Positions 41,470 to 43,656 of a stretch of 43,656 nt of DNA are shown here, piece after piece. The notes beneath the pieces are model-generated. The model searched no databases, was not told where the DNA came from, and saw nothing but the letters and a program-made list of their open reading frames with translations. The translations under genes were made by a program, and so were the position numbers. This DNA comes from Candidatus Woesearchaeota archaeon. GTDB lineage: Archaea; Nanobdellota; Nanobdellia; Woesearchaeales; GW2011-AR4. The stretch lies in NCBI GenBank assembly GCA_016784105.1, contig JADHVG010000002.1, positions 1 through 43,656 of the forward strand, in the 5' to 3' direction. Each line of letters starts with the position of its first letter. The first letter of the stretch is position 1.

Positions 41470-41560
41470 TTACTCAGAATTATCTTTCCTTATTGTTGCA
41501 ACTTCCATAACTCAAAGAATCCTGGTTTAGAATATAAAACTAACCAAAAAAAGAAAAAAA

Positions 41561-42058
41561 TTATTCAACAACTAGTGTCCCTCTCATCTTCCCATGATCT
41601 CTTCCACATGGAACATTGCAAAAGAACGTGAAATCTCCTTTCTTATCAGCAGTAAATTCTGCAGTTGCAGTTTCTCCAGGACCGAACCTTACACTAACTC
41701 CAAAGTCCGGTAAAGCAATACCATGGTTCACGTCTATGCTTTCAATGTTTAGCTTTACTTTGTCTCCTTGCTTTACTTTAATAACATCAGGATCAAAAGC
41801 CCATTGCTTTGCTATCATGTTTACTTCAACAACTTCTGATTCCATCTCTCCTTCAACAACAATCATCTCTTCAACAGCCTCATTTCCAGATGCTGGAACT
41901 TCCATTGATGTACCTATCATTTCATCTTCTTGTTCTGCTTCGTCTTTATGCACGTCATCCACTCCATGTTCATGATCATCCGTTTCAACAACTTGCTGAG
42001 AACATGCTGCAATTAAAAACAAAGAAATTATTCCTATTATCAAAAAATATTTTTTCAT
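41561..42058 (-). CDS. Lipoprotein with cupredoxin domain carrying a complete CuA-type ligand motif
   Basis: Lipobox LIAAC. A His/Asp/Glu-rich linker follows (DDHEHGVDDVHKDE). The motif H-x34-C-x3-C-x3-H-x2-M is present as NHGIALP...FFCNVPCGRDHGKM. The SD GAGGTG lies upstream. Confidence 0.75.
   Translation of the reverse strand: MKKYFLIIGIISLFLIAACSQQVVETDDHEHGVDDVHKDEAEQEDEMIGTSMEVPASGNEAVEEMIVVEGEMESEVVEVNMIAKQWAFDPDVIKVKQGDKVKLNIESIDVNHGIALPDFGVSVRFGPGETATAEFTADKKGDFTFFCNVPCGRDHGKMRGTLVVE
41998..42058 (-). repeat. Signal-peptide-coding cassette, copy 2 (near-identical to 32403-32466)
   Basis: See copy 1. It encodes MKKYFLIIGIISLFLIAACSQ, versus M(K)KKYFLIIGIVSLFLIAACSQ in copy 1. Confidence 0.85.
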
Positions 42059-42136
42059 TATTTTAACACCTCAGTTGTTTTTATTCATTATCCTTAATTC
42101 ATATTTAAGATTTTGGTACTTGATTAAATTAAAAGT

Positions 42137-42331
42137 TTAATTTGTCCTTCCATGCCCTCCGGTTTTGTACACGTTGTACCTTCCCTTCTCTTTCTGGGAT
42201 TTATTGTCTTCCGGAAACACCTCAAGCTGTTTAGCTTCATTATAACTGCATTTTTTGCAGATAATGCACTTGCTACCTTCCACATCTTTGATTTCTATCT
42301 CTTCTGAACTGCATTCAGGACATTTAAGCAT
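42137..42331 (-). CDS. Small zinc-ribbon protein
   Basis: CPEC...(16)...CKKC, 64 aa, with a basic C-terminus. Confidence 0.55.
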   Translation of the reverse strand: MLKCPECSSEEIEIKDVEGSKCIICKKCSYNEAKQLEVFPEDNKSQKEKGRYNVYKTGGHGRTN

Positions 42332-42366
42332 TAGAATACTAAGAACTAGTTTGTTTTTATTATTTT

Positions 42367-42657
42367 CTAAATTATTTTCTCTCCAGTCTTCTTGTCAATA
42401 AGATGTATCACATTTACTGGGCACGTCTCCGCTGCTTCTTTATTTAACTCAAAATCTTTCTTGGAAATATCTAGTTCTTCCCATTCATTATCTAATTTCT
42501 TGCAATTTTTAATATCTGATTTGCCGTCTTCGTGCATTTCCCAAAAATCAGGTGCAACTGCTTCGCAAGCAGCACATCCTATGCAATCAGGTCTGTTATG
42601 CTGCAAAGTGTATTTTTTTTCTGAATTTCCTTCTTGAATTTCTTGTGCTTGTTCCAT
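42367..42657 (-). CDS. Small [4Fe-4S]/[3Fe-4S] ferredoxin
   Basis: CIGCAACEAVAP ... CPVNVI gives a CxxCxxC...CP pattern. Confidence 0.75.
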   Translation of the reverse strand: MEQAQEIQEGNSEKKYTLQHNRPDCIGCAACEAVAPDFWEMHEDGKSDIKNCKKLDNEWEELDISKKDFELNKEAAETCPVNVIHLIDKKTGEKII

Positions 42658-42680
42658 TTTTGTTATGATTTAAAATTCAG

Positions 42681-42690
42681 TTTATAAATA
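42681..42690 (-). promoter_or_regulatory. TATA-box candidate (TTTATAAA core) for the ferredoxin gene, leaderless geometry
   Basis: The plus strand reads tttataaata at 42681-42690, centred about 28 nt upstream of the start at 42657. Confidence 0.45.
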
Positions 42691-42719
42691 TTTTTATTGT
42701 TATTTTTAAGCATTTAGAA

Positions 42720-43656
42720 TTAATGCCAAAACAATCTTACTCCTGTTGTGACCATGGCGATGTCATGTTCGTCCGCAGCCTTGATGACTTCTTCATCCCT
42801 AACAGAACCTCCTGGATGAATTATGGCGGTTATTCCTGCTTTTGCTGCTTCATCCACCCCATCCCTGAACGGAAAGAATGCGTCTGATGCCATGACTGCT
42901 CCTTTTGCTTTGCTGCCTGCTTTCTCCGAGGCTATCTTGACAGATACAACTCGAGACTGCTGTCCAGCCCCTATACCGACAGCACTATTGTTTTTAGCAA
43001 ATATTATCGAGTTAGATTTTGTGTGATAACATGTTTTATACGCAAACAGCATCTGTTCCACTTCATCCTTGGTTGGCTTTCTCTTGCTAACAATCTTAAG
43101 GTCTTTTTCGCTTATTTCTGGCAAGGGGCCTCTTTGGACTAATAGACCTCCCACAACTTTCCTTGCTTCAATGCTTTTTCCTGATTTTTCCGCATCCTTA
43201 GTTTCTAATAATCTTAAGTTCTTCTTTTTCATAAGAACATCTAATGCTTCTTTCTCAAATTTCGGACAAATAACTATTTCAACAAAGAACTCAGATATTT
43301 TTTGAGCTACTTCTTTTGTGCATGGTCTGTTTAAAGCTACAACTCCTCCGAAAGCAGATAATTTATCGCCTTCATAAGCATTATCAAAAGCTTCTTCGAT
43401 ATTATCAGCTATAGCACATCCGCACGGATTTGTGTGTTTTATGATAGCTGCTGCCGGTTCCTTGTACTCTTTTACTAATTCAAAAGCGTTATCAGTATCC
43501 AGGATGTTGTTAAACGAAAGTTCCTTCCCATGTAATTGCTTCGCTGTACTTACTGAACTTTCAAAAGCTATCGGGTCTAGATAGAAAGCAGCTTCCTGAT
43601 GAGGATTTTCTCCGTATCTTAGGTCTTGTTTTTTCTTAAAAGTGAGATTCAAAGTT
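42720..43656 (-). CDS. purH: PurH (AICAR formyltransferase domain), 5' end outside the window
   Basis: Motifs LRYGENPHQ, KHTNPCG, GGLLVQ and a C-terminal VTTGVRLFWH. The frame is still open at the window edge and the track start is a TTG. Confidence 0.9.
   Translation of the reverse strand, partial: TLNLTFKKKQDLRYGENPHQEAAFYLDPIAFESSVSTAKQLHGKELSFNNILDTDNAFELVKEYKEPAAAIIKHTNPCGCAIADNIEEAFDNAYEGDKLSAFGGVVALNRPCTKEVAQKISEFFVEIVICPKFEKEALDVLMKKKNLRLLETKDAEKSGKSIEARKVVGGLLVQRGPLPEISEKDLKIVSKRKPTKDEVEQMLFAYKTCYHTKSNSIIFAKNNSAVGIGAGQQSRVVSVKIASEKAGSKAKGAVMASDAFFPFRDGVDEAAKAGITAIIHPGGSVRDEEVIKAADEHDIAMVTTGVRLFWH

Noticed and set aside
41416-41631. A 71-aa plus-strand ORF in the fabI-cupredoxin gap
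   Set aside because: It has a non-ATG start and a low-complexity Lys run. Its 3' part is antisense to the well-supported cupredoxin gene. It is judged spurious.
1-43656. A search for CRISPR arrays, tRNA or rRNA genes, transposases, integrases and island-flanking direct repeats
   Set aside because: I saw no regularly spaced direct repeats, no tRNA-like GC-rich cloverleaf segments (for example no GGTTCGAATCC-type T-arms) and no recombinase-like ORFs on either strand. The boundaries of the 1.7-8.5 kb accessory region therefore cannot be defined from mobility signatures. A tRNAscan, Infernal or MinCED run would be the decisive check.

Overview
This is a 43.7 kb window that looks very AT-rich by eye (GC was not computed) and is gene-dense. 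I call about 55 protein-coding genes. I found no rRNA, tRNA, CRISPR array, transposase or integrase by manual reading.

Host (inference): TTTATA(T/A)A-type boxes sit about 25-30 nt upstream of many start codons, which implies leaderless mRNAs. Other genes carry GGTG/GGAGG Shine-Dalgarno sites. There are also many small wHTH regulators. Together these point to a small-genome, DPANN-like archaeon. Several genes are nevertheless of bacterial type: radC, fabI, ccdA/dipZ-like and trhO.

Core content:
- A radical-SAM gene fragment and a disrupted MTAP-family gene.
- Central-metabolism genes: ThDP-dependent acetolactate-synthase-like enzyme, aldehyde dehydrogenase, malic enzyme, pyruvate kinase, glutamate dehydrogenase, a 2-oxoacid dehydrogenase E1alpha/E1beta/E2 operon with a 3-hydroxyisobutyrate-dehydrogenase-like gene, fabI and a purH fragment.
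- A thyA-folA operon.
- An extracytoplasmic thiol-disulfide cluster.

Most interesting region: a tightly packed six-gene minus-strand operon at about 3732-8483. From 5' to 3' it encodes a membrane-anchored protein, a mini PD-(D/E)xK nuclease, a 4-Cys Cas4/RecB-like nuclease, a MazG-like NTP pyrophosphohydrolase, a PD-(D/E)xK + DUF2075 ATPase/helicase and a free-standing GIY-YIG nuclease. A RadC-PIN pair and a wHTH protein lie next to it. I interpret this as a candidate undescribed defence system, or alternatively a virus-derived DNA-processing module.

Other notable observations:
- An apparently circularly permuted CcdA/DsbD-type membrane thiol transporter.
- A TlpA-DUF3179 fusion.
- An orphan lipoprotein with an exact CuA-site motif.
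- Two lipoprotein genes that share a near-identical signal-peptide DNA cassette.
- An unannotated 32-codon membrane sORF translationally coupled between thyA and folA.
- A Csa3/CARF-like wHTH regulator with no CRISPR locus in the window.
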